Shown piece after piece: positions 21,801 to 30,029 of a stretch of 34,472 nt of DNA. The first letter of the stretch is position 1, and every line of letters begins with the position of its first letter. A model generated the notes under the pieces. It made no database searches, was not told where the DNA came from, and saw nothing but the letters and a program-made list of their open reading frames with translations. A program made the position numbers and the translations under genes. The stretch comes from a virus. Lineage: Duplodnaviria > Heunggongvirae > Uroviricota > Caudoviricetes. The stretch lies in IMG/VR virus record IMGVR_UViG_2878528002_000001, positions 1 to 34,472 of that record. The stretch is one strand, 5' to 3'.

Positions 21801-24800
21801 TTTGTTTCTTTAACTGAGATGTCTTGAATGCAGAAGACACATAATCATTAATTTTGTCCGCAATCTCTTTGGTTTTGTTAGCAAAATAGGTGAGTTTTCG
21901 TGCCACATAATCAAAGGCAGATGTAGACTTCTTTGTGGACTTAGTGTTTGCTTTGGTTGCGTTTGTATTGGCTTTAGTAGCACTGGTATTATCTCCAGAA
22001 GTTTTTCCAGAAGATTTTGTGTTTCCATATTTCGGACTTGCTAGACCACCTTGAAATTTCAAAGTTGCCGCACCAACGCCAGGAGAATTTGCATGTGCAG
22101 GAGCAATATCGGACAATGATCCATGCGCATAAGCACGAGCAGTTCCATTTGCTTTTCCGTGTGCTAATAAATCCGCAGTTTGCTGTGCATTTAAAACAAT
22201 GTCACCTTTTTTTAATGACTGTGTATGCATTCCAGGTGGAAGCATAAGCCATCTGTCACCACGAATAATAGATTCCTGACCAATTTCATTAACAAGAGCA
22301 GTTTCAGAACGTTGTAACCCGACTTTGCCATTGGCATAAGCAGAACCGTAATTGGTAACATTATAAACTGTGCCAGAAGCATGAGCAGGAGATGATGACG
22401 GAGCAGACATAGTTCCAGATGCTTTTGGTTTTGCAACTGTTCCAAGTGTATAATTAATTACACCCGTAGCAGTCGCGGATTTTGGCGTGGCAACAGTTCC
22501 TAAATCATAATTAATTACACCAGTAGAAACTGTACCGTCAGCCTTTTCCACGTTTCCCTTTTTATAATCGATCGTACCAGTAGATTTTGTGCCGTCCGCT
22601 TTTTCAACTTCACCTTTTTTATAGTTAATGGTTCCGCTAGAAGTAGTGCCATTCGCGTTTTCTACTTTTCCTGCGGTAATATTTCCCTTAACATTAACGG
22701 TTCCAGACGGAGTTCCCGTAACGGAAGTAACATTACCTTTTACATCGACCGTACCTGATGGTTCTCCACTAATAGTCGTTGCGTTAGCATTGACATCAAC
22801 GGTTCCAGATGGAGTTCCGGTAACAGTAGTTACATTCGCATTCACATCTACTGGCTGAGACGGAGTTCCCGTAAGTTGCACAACATTACCCGTCACTGCA
22901 ACTGGCGTTAATCCTGTTCCTGCGGTAAGAGTAGTTACATTCCCAGTAACATCAACACTAGGTTTTGTTCCTTCGGCTGCATTTTGTACCGCACTCTGAG
23001 TTTCAGATTCTACTTGTGAAGTATCTACTTGTGGTGTAACTTTTGCTTCCGTTCCTTCTACAGCAGATTTTGTTTCTGCTTCCACACCATCTGTATTCGC
23101 TTCAACAGGAACCTCAATCTTCTCGCCAGTAATAGCATTAATCAATGCAACAAACTGATCGGAATTCATGGCAACAGTCATATCAATCTGTTCCCCGCTC
23201 ATTTCCTGAATTTCATCACGAACTTGATCTACTTGAGATGCATCACATCCAACAGTAGCCATTAACTCTTGATCGGAAAGTGTAAGTAATTCTTGAAAAG
23301 AATTTCCATTTTCAACCGCAGTTTGAATCTGAACTTGAACTTTTTGTGCTTCTAATGAAGAAATTTCCGTGTCTAAAGTATTAACCGCATCTTCACCATC
23401 AACAGCTACGTCTACATTTACTTTCGCATCTTGTAATTCTTTGATTTTAGAATCAATCTGATCAAGAGACATAGTTGTTTTATCATAGTCAAAATCAATT
23501 CCTGATAAAGTAGAAGAAGTTGATGAGGATTTTTCTTTAAGCTGTTCTTGTGCAGTTTTTCCATCTCCGGTAACGTTTAAATTATCATCAACGGTAATTC
23601 CTGCGGCTGCGGCTTTCTCTTTTGCCATGTTTCTATAAGAATCCGCAAGAGCTTTATTATTTGCATTTTCAGCTGCCTGAACCTGCTCCTGGATATTTTT
23701 AATTTCATCCGCGGCAGTTTTCATTTTCTTCTGCTGGGCTTCTGATCCAAGATTATGCTCGGCATAATAATCCATGCTTTCTTGCAAACCGTCAATCTGT
23801 TGCTTATACTTCGCAACCTCGTCCTCGGCGGCTTTTATCGCAGTGGTATTATATATCGGGTCTTTACCATCTTTTTGCGCCTGGGCATTTTCTTCATTCA
23901 TCTGATCCAGACGTGCTTTAGCCTCAGACCAGTTCTTAGTTGCTTCGGTTGCCTTTAAAATACCATCCTGCATATCGGAGATAACAGTAGTAGTAGCACC
24001 GTAATCTTCGGCACGTCCAAACAATGCCTCTACAACAGGTGTTCCTGTTCCGAGTTTCTGGGCGACTTCTCCGAGATCATGAGTGTTAAGTTCCCATGAC
24101 TGAGTTTCTTCGTTGAAACTTGCCATTGCCTGTCCAGCGGCATCAGTTTTGGTACTAAGGTCTTCGAAGAAATGAACAAGACCGGATTCATCAGATGTGA
24201 GGTATCTTGCGGCTTTCGCGTAGTTTTCCGCAAAGTTTACAGGATCAGTTGCGCCGGAAGGCGATATCATTTTTGCGAAAGATTTGAAATCATCTGTTCC
24301 GATTTCACCAGCGTCCCATGCTTTTTTTGCAGTATCTAAGCCGGAAACCATTGACAGATATTTGTCGCCAGAATTTTCGGTCTGTGTTGCGCGTTGCCAT
24401 TCCGCATAGTCGGAGAAAAGCTGTTTCTGCTGTTGATACTGGGCGTAGTATTGAGATTGCGCCTGTTGTGTGGCATTCAAATCTTCCTGGGCTTGCTTCT
24501 GCTTTTCTAAAGCTTCAACATACTCATCGGATGTTTCTCCGTATTTAGCTTTTAGAATTTCTGCTTGTTTTGCTTGTTTATCAAGTTCATCCGTTTGTTG
24601 TGAGATAGATTCCGCGAAATCTTGTTCTTTGATATCTTTCTGTATATCAAGAAGATTTTCAAGCTGAGAATTATTTAATTTAACGCCTTTAGACGTGTTT
24701 GTAAATAAACCATCTAAATCAAAATCTTTTAATTCATCAGTAGAATTGATTACATCTTGAACACTACTTTTAACAGCATTAATAGAATCTTTTGATAATC

Positions 24801-26640
24801 CCGTATCAGACATGGAATCAGAGATAGCAGAAGAGATAGTTGAATATTGAGAAGTAATACTTTCTACTGATTTCTGTAAATTTGCAACTGATAATTCAGC
24901 TTGTCTCTTTTGATTCTCAATTTGAGAAATTGCATCGTTATAGGAAAGTTTATGATCAGTGTCTGCATTTGCAATTTCACCAAGAGCCTCTAAATCCTCT
25001 GTATTAAATCTACGAATAGCATCTTCTCTAGTTGTATCACCATATCGAGAAGTAATACTTGTCATCGCATCTTTAACTTTAATCCATTCATCATAAATTC
25101 CAGAAGCTTCTTGTAACTGCTTTTTATTGAATGATTCAGATTTTGCATCTGCTTCGTCTAAAGCTGCGTTTGCAGTAGTATACCAATCTTTTGCAGTATC
25201 TTCTGCGTGATTTTCATTGAAACTAAATAATGAATCAATGGAATCTCGAATATCAGATTTGTCTAATTCATTGACTACATTACTTGCCCATTTCTTGATA
25301 TTATCCGCAGCATTATCTTTATCAGTAAACCCATTGGATTCAAGGTCTTCCATGGTCATAGCATTAATCATAGAAGTAACCTTGCTATCTAAACCATCAT
25401 TATCCAAAATTAAATCCTGATATTTTTTATTTGCCTGTAAAAAACTAGGAATATATTGTTTTAATTCATTTGCAGAGTTATCAACATCACTTTGAAGCTC
25501 GCCAACTCCATCCATTAATGTTGTAAGCGTCTTTGCGGAATCACTACCGGATTTTAATTTTCCATTACTAGAATTCAAATCTTGAATTAAATCTTGAATA
25601 TCCGCCTGTGATAATCCTAAAGTTTGATATGCCTCGCCAAAATCAGAAGCATTAAATCCTGTTTCCGCATTTGTGGACATATTCATGTATTTCTGTAAAT
25701 CAATATAACCAGTCGGCTTATTTCCACCTTTTGTAGAAAATGCTTTGTTATAATCTTTAATAAACTGTTCCAATCCGTCAAGCTGTTTCTGAGAGCCAGC
25801 ATCTTGCCATGGAAGAGTTTTACTGCGCATAACTTCTTCATAAAATTTGCCAGTAACATCTTTTGCTTCTTTGACATTTTTGTTATATGCGTCAAATTTG
25901 GCATTCTTTAATGCAGTTTGCAAATCAGAGACACTTTTTGCCGCGCCAATAATCGGTTTTCCTAAAGAATCGTAGCCAGTAACAAGCTCTGGGAATTGCT
26001 GCGCAATCTGAGAGGAGAGTTGTTGATATTCTTCATAATCTGCACTTGTAAGACTAAGATTCTGTCCGAGATTATTAACGCCTTTAGAAAGTTCTTCATA
26101 TCTTTCAGCATTGGTCTTAACCCATGAAGTAGATTCACTCATTTGCTGATTGATATTCTGGTAATCGCTCAGAACTTCGGAACCTGCTTTAATGGTGTTT
26201 GATTGTTTGTTTACAACATAATCAATACCAGCGGCAGTTGCTTGAAGTCCGGCACTGATTAAAAAATTAGTTCCGACATCTACTGCCACAGCTTTTGCAG
26301 TTTGACCAAATGAAGATAAGCCACTTTTTAATTTTTCCATAATGGTACTGGTATCAATCATTTGCTCACCAGATTCAGCCTGGGACTTTTTGAATTTTTC
26401 TTCTGCTTTCATAGCAGAAGTAGCACTATCTCCATATTGATTAAAAAATTTGATCGTATCCTTTAATCTATCCCCGTATGCTTTTTGTGCGTCTGGTGAT
26501 AAATTACTTGCTTTTAATACGTCTTCATACTTGATATTCCTGTTTCCAGACTGATGTTGTTCATCTATATATGAAAAAGCATTTCTAAAACTTCTACTAT
26601 TATTTATTCCTTTTGATAAACCATCTATTGTATTGTATAC
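18838..26640 (-). CDS. Tape measure protein, exon 2 (2600 codons)
   Basis: Long helical Ala/Gln/Lys-rich ORF with AKGT..GLTNENGREIV-type C-terminal motifs. The frame is open 76 codons upstream of the annotated Met (26412), back to TAG 26643..26641, and that Met has no RBS. Confidence 0.88.
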   Translation of the reverse strand, partial: VYNTIDGLSKGINNSRSFRNAFSYIDEQHQSGNRNIKYEDVLKASNLSPDAQKAYGDRLKDTIKFFNQYGDSATSAMKAEEKFKKSQAESGEQMIDTSTIMEKLKSGLSSFGQTAKAVAVDVGTNFLISAGLQATAAGIDYVVNKQSNTIKAGSEVLSDYQNINQQMSESTSWVKTNAERYEELSKGVNNLGQNLSLTSADYEEYQQLSSQIAQQFPELVTGYDSLGKPIIGAAKSVSDLQTALKNAKFDAYNKNVKEAKDVTGKFYEEVMRSKTLPWQDAGSQKQLDGLEQFIKDYNKAFSTKGGNKPTGYIDLQKYMNMSTNAETGFNASDFGEAYQTLGLSQADIQDLIQDLNSSNGKLKSGSDSAKTLTTLMDGVGELQSDVDNSANELKQYIPSFLQANKKYQDLILDNDGLDSKVTSMINAMTMEDLESNGFTDKDNAADNIKKWASNVVNELDKSDIRDSIDSLFSFNENHAEDTAKDWYTTANAALDEADAKSESFNKKQLQEASGIYDEWIKVKDAMTSITSRYGDTTREDAIRRFNTEDLEALGEIANADTDHKLSYNDAISQIENQKRQAELSVANLQKSVESITSQYSTISSAISDSMSDTGLSKDSINAVKSSVQDVINSTDELKDFDLDGLFTNTSKGVKLNNSQLENLLDIQKDIKEQDFAESISQQTDELDKQAKQAEILKAKYGETSDEYVEALEKQKQAQEDLNATQQAQSQYYAQYQQQKQLFSDYAEWQRATQTENSGDKYLSMVSGLDTAKKAWDAGEIGTDDFKSFAKMISPSGATDPVNFAENYAKAARYLTSDESGLVHFFEDLSTKTDAAGQAMASFNEETQSWELNTHDLGEVAQKLGTGTPVVEALFGRAEDYGATTTVISDMQDGILKATEATKNWSEAKARLDQMNEENAQAQKDGKDPIYNTTAIKAAEDEVAKYKQQIDGLQESMDYYAEHNLGSEAQQKKMKTAADEIKNIQEQVQAAENANNKALADSYRNMAKEKAAAAGITVDDNLNVTGDGKTAQEQLKEKSSSTSSTLSGIDFDYDKTTMSLDQIDSKIKELQDAKVNVDVAVDGEDAVNTLDTEISSLEAQKVQVQIQTAVENGNSFQELLTLSDQELMATVGCDASQVDQVRDEIQEMSGEQIDMTVAMNSDQFVALINAITGEKIEVPVEANTDGVEAETKSAVEGTEAKVTPQVDTSQVESETQSAVQNAAEGTKPSVDVTGNVTTLTAGTGLTPVAVTGNVVQLTGTPSQPVDVNANVTTVTGTPSGTVDVNANATTISGEPSGTVDVKGNVTSVTGTPSGTVNVKGNITAGKVENANGTTSSGTINYKKGEVEKADGTKSTGTIDYKKGNVEKADGTVSTGVINYDLGTVATPKSATATGVINYTLGTVAKPKASGTMSAPSSSPAHASGTVYNVTNYGSAYANGKVGLQRSETALVNEIGQESIIRGDRWLMLPPGMHTQSLKKGDIVLNAQQTADLLAHGKANGTARAYAHGSLSDIAPAHANSPGVGAATLKFQGGLASPKYGNTKSSGKTSGDNTSATKANTNATKANTKSTKKSTSAFDYVARKLTYFANKTKEIADKINDYVSSAFKTSQLKKQISAISNEITVNSKGANAYLKKANSIGLSAKVKKDVREGKYAITEYNTSTSSKKSGTKSQYEKIQEYAKYYDEYVKCTQAVQDLKNQQLELFEQWANMPTEAAEKKIEKLKNGFNGLTAIQARLKTANLGGSAQAYLNNEIKSSVNSSANARNSAKTNLDSANSRLSSANRSLSNAQKTESRAKSQSNKDTKALNSATKKLKKNKSVTLTSSEKKRIASGKALSTKGLKGKKKTLVQKYNAALKKNNSSKSVLSHAQSATKSASNAVNIARSSVNSARSAYNSANATYAEYQKQYSQSSKYLANGDTLGYQNYLTDMELQNTKEQNKANQDAYAQATKNTQDTIAQKNAAASKLQSAKNNQANAKKKGSSLAKKYKNKLNRSQINALNAGKTVSTKGIKSKYLKKQLDAYNKSLTNTANAVRDAQANLEQLTTQVDIATNAEAEAAANAAESQAELAQAAIEAEQTKFENISDYYDKRLDYQKALAEKEEKLRDLSEAHGNYTKSSDYDTQITEQTNQRAIATEKLTKMQEQLKNSMDSGVIKEGSDEWLEMSTKIAEAESAVKEFDTDIENLKQKQLTTKYEEMFDRAIEKADKFISKLDNINDLLTEEMMYDYDTGQLTDMGALSLTLNAQSMNDSLDTLQNYAKKRQQIIDDYNNKLFGEQKYDELMSENDSNIQNALKNANSYKQQILSIVKTQSQKEQDALFKVIDARKEALKKKKEYYDYDKQLKSKTKEINLLQQQIDALDGVTDAESRAQKAKLEAQLKDAQDDLDDTVRDHVYDLQVDGLDDLEDQLKEDFEKWSNELSGNLDKMSKAINDAINNSGASAADAMNTLAEVLKQFNITPDQLGISASNLSAGNIKKYAKGTDHVGHNSIGLTNENGREIVVTRKGWLTKLGASDMIIPNDITETLVHMAEQYQNRDMISSIKMPEIKSDGDKNVVYNYTNNNPITIQGDLVRDTLPDLKTILKKSNEYTQNEMRKNLRRT
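22420..22960 (-). repeat. Tandem peptide repeats inside tape measure exon 2
   Basis: About six ~17-aa units (VDVNANVTTVTGTPSGT) followed by four ~19-aa units (GTINYKKGEVEKADGTKST). Coordinates approximate. Confidence 0.85.
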
Positions 26641-26730
26641 CTACGAAAATAAATATATCTATCATATAATTTTGGATTTATATATAGAATATTGTGTGAT
26701 ATAATGAAAATTAAAAAGGAGTAAAAATAA

Positions 26731-27222
26731 ATGGGAACAGAAGAACGTATTAAACAACATTTAATAATTTGTCCGAGATGTGGTGATATATTTGGATCTC
26801 GGATTCCATACGATCCAAATAAAAAAGAAGTTTGTGTAAGATGTCAATATCCGGATTCGCTAGACACAAAAATGACCGTCGCAGATTTAGATAATTTTTT
26901 GAATAATAGTAAATACGAAGAATGGCATGAAAGACAAAGGGAATTGCGTAAAAAATACACCATAAACAGTAATGTATTTGATCAAGATTTATACAACCAA
27001 ATCATAAAAGAAGAGTATGAGAGATACCATCTCAATGATGATGTTCCAACCAGTACGCCAAAACCAGTAACTAAACATATACCTAAATGCCCTACCTGCG
27101 GCTCAACCAATATTGAGAAAATCTCTGCAACTAAAAAATTAGCTGGTAGTATGCTGTTTGGTTTATTCAGCAAAGATGCTAAGAGTACTTTCCATTGTAA
27201 AAACTGCAACTACAAATGGTAA
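26731..27222 (+). CDS. Double Zn-ribbon protein (intron cargo, antisense)
   Basis: 163 aa with CPRC/CVRC and CPTCGS/CKNC pairs. AAGGAG RBS and an extended -10 TGATATAAT at 26697..26705. Confidence 0.85.
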   Translation: MGTEERIKQHLIICPRCGDIFGSRIPYDPNKKEVCVRCQYPDSLDTKMTVADLDNFLNNSKYEEWHERQRELRKKYTINSNVFDQDLYNQIIKEEYERYHLNDDVPTSTPKPVTKHIPKCPTCGSTNIEKISATKKLAGSMLFGLFSKDAKSTFHCKNCNYKW

Positions 27223-27416
27223 TCATCCAATGTTATATTACCGCTGGCTTTATGCTTAACATATGTAATGCATTTTTCGATTTCCTGATCCGTTGGAACC
27301 GGAACATGTTTTAGTTTCATATAATGTATAAATGATTCTGCCATTAAATAATAATTGCACAACTGTTTTATAAAAAACAAATTTGTCAAGATAAGTATGA
27401 TTATAATAAATAACAT
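27210..27416 (-). CDS. Small membrane protein (intron cargo)
   Basis: 68 aa with a hydrophobic N-terminal helix and AGAAAGG RBS. Converges on the Zn-ribbon gene. Confidence 0.55.
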   Translation of the reverse strand: MLFIIIILILTNLFFIKQLCNYYLMAESFIHYMKLKHVPVPTDQEIEKCITYVKHKASGNITLDDYHL

Positions 27417-27447
27417 ATCGTCGCCTTTCTAAAGATGAGGTTGAATT

Positions 27448-27855
27448 ATGAAATTAAATTTAGACTGCATAAAAGATGTCATGGTGTTTCTGGAAGACAA
27501 TCTTACAGATGACAATGCTTTTGTACCAAATCAAATATATGAATCACTTGAAAAATATTCTTATGAAGATGTCGAATATACTGTCAAGGCTTTATTGTCT
27601 GAAAAATGGATTGCCGGAATAGTACAAGAAATAGGTGGCTTGTATATTGTAAAATCTATTACACCTGATGGACATAATTACTTAAATGCAATAAAAGACG
27701 AATCTATCTATAAAATCATAAAGAAACATTTTGCAACCGCTGGGGCATCTACATTATCATTTCTTACAGTAATTATAAAAGATGTTCTTGTGAAATATGC
27801 AGACAAGCACGATGCGGTTTCTGTGGCACTTCATTATTTTAAGAATCTATTTTAA
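27448..27855 (+). CDS. DUF2513/YjcQ-like winged-helix protein (intron cargo)
   Basis: 135 aa. MKLNLDCIKDVMVFLE start and ITPDGHNYLNAI motif. GAGGT RBS. Confidence 0.78.
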   Translation: MKLNLDCIKDVMVFLEDNLTDDNAFVPNQIYESLEKYSYEDVEYTVKALLSEKWIAGIVQEIGGLYIVKSITPDGHNYLNAIKDESIYKIIKKHFATAGASTLSFLTVIIKDVLVKYADKHDAVSVALHYFKNLF

Positions 27856-28076
27856 TATTTTATCAGAAAACATTAGATAAGGAGTTCAAAGATTCTTTAT
27901 TAAATCCGGTAGAAGAAGAGGAATATGAAGAACCAAAGATTAGATGTCCGAAATGCGGTTCCATTAATATAACAACTGGGCAGTGTGGTTATTCTTTTTT
28001 TACTGGATTTTTAGGATCTAATAAGACTATGAATAGGTGTGGAAATTGCGGGTATAAATGGACACCAAATAAATAG
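27856..28076 (+). pseudogene. 5'-truncated Zn-ribbon gene fragment (not in the ORF track)
   Basis: Frame ..EEPKIRCPKCGSINITTGQCGYSFFTGFLGSNKTMNRCGNCGYKWTPNK* has no start codon between the in-frame stop at 27840 and the Cys motifs. Same architecture as the C-terminus of 26731..27222. Confidence 0.75.
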
Positions 28077-28091
28077 ATATAGAAAAGCAAA

Positions 28092-28115
28092 ATGAGAGGC
28101 AAAATAGCCTCTCAT
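28092..28115. terminator. Perfect 9-bp hairpin, probable terminator
   Basis: ATGAGAGGC-AAAATA-GCCTCTCAT, downstream of the plus-strand cargo genes. The T-rich tail is on the minus side. Confidence 0.6.
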
Positions 28116-28346
28116 ATAATGCTTGTTTGGCGGGATCATGGAGATAACTCCGAATCACCCGTTATTAGAGAATTAAAAAAGACTACACTCGAAGCTCCGC
28201 CTCTATCCAGTCTTAGTAAAATGACAAGGAGTATCCACCACTTATACGCCATCTGCCTACATTTAATTCCCTATAACAATATCTCAGCAAGTGAGCCTAT
28301 ATTAAATGTATAATACTAGGAAAGCAGTAACTCTCTTTTTTTATAC

Positions 28347-28602
28347 AAAAAAAGAACAGCCCATGAAGCTGTTCCAAAAAACTCAACCGTTTTTTGCCAG
28401 TATAAGCAAAATATTCGAATTTATATTACTCTATAATAATATCCAGACAAATATCTCGTCAATATACTGGAAATCGTTGTGAGCCTATAAAAATGCGTCC
28501 ATTTTCAAGCTCAAAAAAGAATACTATTGATATTGAGAAATATCAAACACTACGCAGTGACAGGACACAAACCGTGTATACGACGGGATAATATTTCTAC
28601 TT
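28347..28602 (-). ncRNA. Candidate ~255-nt structured RNA downstream of the PemK-like gene
   Basis: Own promoter (28637..28609) and terminator (28374..28347). Contains 8-bp helices TTGATATT/AATATCAA and CCAGTATA/TATACTGG. No ORF listed in the track. Confidence 0.62.
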
Positions 28603-29406
28603 ATGTTTAATATATCCTTTTCCCTTATTATTGTCAACATGTTTCTTTTTATTTTTCGGTTCTGATTTTAGTCTTTGTTGTTCTAATTTGTTTATTCTGA
28701 ATTTTAAATCATGAACCTGTTTCTCAAGTTCTTTATTTCTTTTTTTATATTCATCATTATTCTTTATAAGAGATTGATGTCTTTGATGAATAGTAGGATA
28801 CATGATTTGAAATACCTGCATTTGTATATCAAACAAAACAGTATCTGAAATTGTTGTAATCTCCTTATCTATCCTTGCACGTGAAATAAATTTTGTGTCA
28901 TTGATAAGCAAAACACAATCTTTAGGAAATCCATCACTCATTAAACCTTGTCTGTATTTTTTATTTCCATTTTTATTATTTGTGGGATGATAACTCTGTG
29001 GAAAAATATCATTACCACTTCGAATAGGAACTACTAAAAATTTATTGTCTTTAACGCCAATGCATAATCCATGGTGATAATATCCCAACTCTCCGGCAAA
29101 TGTGTTTCCATAATCAATATAGTATGTATGTCCTATTTTTGGAATAATTTGTTTTTTATTATCATCGTAAGATACTGTCGTATGACATTTTCTCATCCAA
29201 TTCATATCACTGAATAGTATAGATGCTGCGTCATACGCATTTTGTCTTTTTAACCCCTGAATGTAATTATGCATATACTGAACAGCTGCAAGCATAATTA
29301 CAGAATATTTGATTGATTTATTTGTTTTATTCTTTTCGATATGCTCTGTATATCTCTTTATGTTTGTGACATCACTCCAAATCATATTATCATGATTCAT
29401 TTGCAT
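28597..29406 (-). CDS. PemK/MazF-like endoribonuclease-fold toxin with C-terminal coiled coil (intron cargo)
   Basis: 269 aa. GHTYYIDYGNTFAGELGYYHHGLCI..FLVVPIRS and LINDTKFISRARI resemble the PemK/MazF pattern. Promoter TTGACG-17-CATAAT at 29471..29443. Confidence 0.68.
   Translation of the reverse strand: MQMNHDNMIWSDVTNIKRYTEHIEKNKTNKSIKYSVIMLAAVQYMHNYIQGLKRQNAYDAASILFSDMNWMRKCHTTVSYDDNKKQIIPKIGHTYYIDYGNTFAGELGYYHHGLCIGVKDNKFLVVPIRSGNDIFPQSYHPTNNKNGNKKYRQGLMSDGFPKDCVLLINDTKFISRARIDKEITTISDTVLFDIQMQVFQIMYPTIHQRHQSLIKNNDEYKKRNKELEKQVHDLKFRINKLEQQRLKSEPKNKKKHVDNNKGKGYIKHK
28609..28637 (-). promoter_or_regulatory. sigmaA promoter embedded in the last codons of the PemK-like gene
   Basis: TTGACA (28637..28632)-17 nt-TATATT (28614..28609). 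Confidence 0.72.
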
Positions 29407-29570
29407 ATTTTAGTTCACCATCCAATATTGTGTATTAATATTATTATGTGACAAAATATGACAAACGTCAATTCAGAACATATGTATGCAAACACATATT
29501 TACTAAAATTCATTGACAAAACATTAATTTCATCGTATGTTGAGTATAATATATAGAAGGAGATATTAGT

Positions 29571-29801
29571 ATGAACAATAAAGAAATTAGCAGTAATATA
29601 TCACTTGTCTATCGTGATATAGAAAATACATATTCTGATTCAAAATCTATTTTGGCTGATATTATGAAACATGCAAATGACAATTTTGAAGAAATTGAAA
29701 ATATATATCGTCTTGTTGCAATGATATCTTTTTACAAAAATAATTACAGTCAGAGAGGCGGCGAAATATTATTCGAAGAATTCTCCAAAAATTTCTGTTA
29801 G
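29571..29801 (+). CDS. Hypothetical protein, possibly extended to 29917 by a -1 frameshift
   Basis: AGAAGGAG RBS and promoter TTGACA-17-TATGTT (29513..29541). The -1 frame continues FLLENQIPVRAIPEYY...LGLFYNC*. Confidence 0.65.
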   Translation: MNNKEISSNISLVYRDIENTYSDSKSILADIMKHANDNFEEIENIYRLVAMISFYKNNYSQRGGEILFEEFSKNFC

Positions 29802-30029
29802 AAAACCAAATTCCTGTTAGAGCAATACCCGAATATTATGCCAATGAATACCAAATAGATTATGTCTCACGACTCAATACTGCATATAAAAACCTAGGAT
29901 TATTCTATAATTGCTAATTATATAATTTAGAAGTGGAAGATACTTGTTCTTCCAAAAAAATATTGTGTTGACTCGCGAACATTACTATAAGCAATGACGA
30001 GTAATATAATGCAGAAAATATGTTCTACT

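Noticed and set aside
8488-25904. Numerous short ORFs overlapping the tail genes on either strand
   Set aside because: Shadow frames of long coding genes with no independent translation signals noted.
28092-28313. 73-aa plus-strand ORF
   Set aside because: Starts within a terminator-like hairpin with no RBS. The region is better explained as structured RNA.
28347-28602. CRISPR mini-array or ToxI-like tandem repeat array
   Set aside because: No regularly spaced direct repeats are visible; there is only one 11-nt repeat pair.
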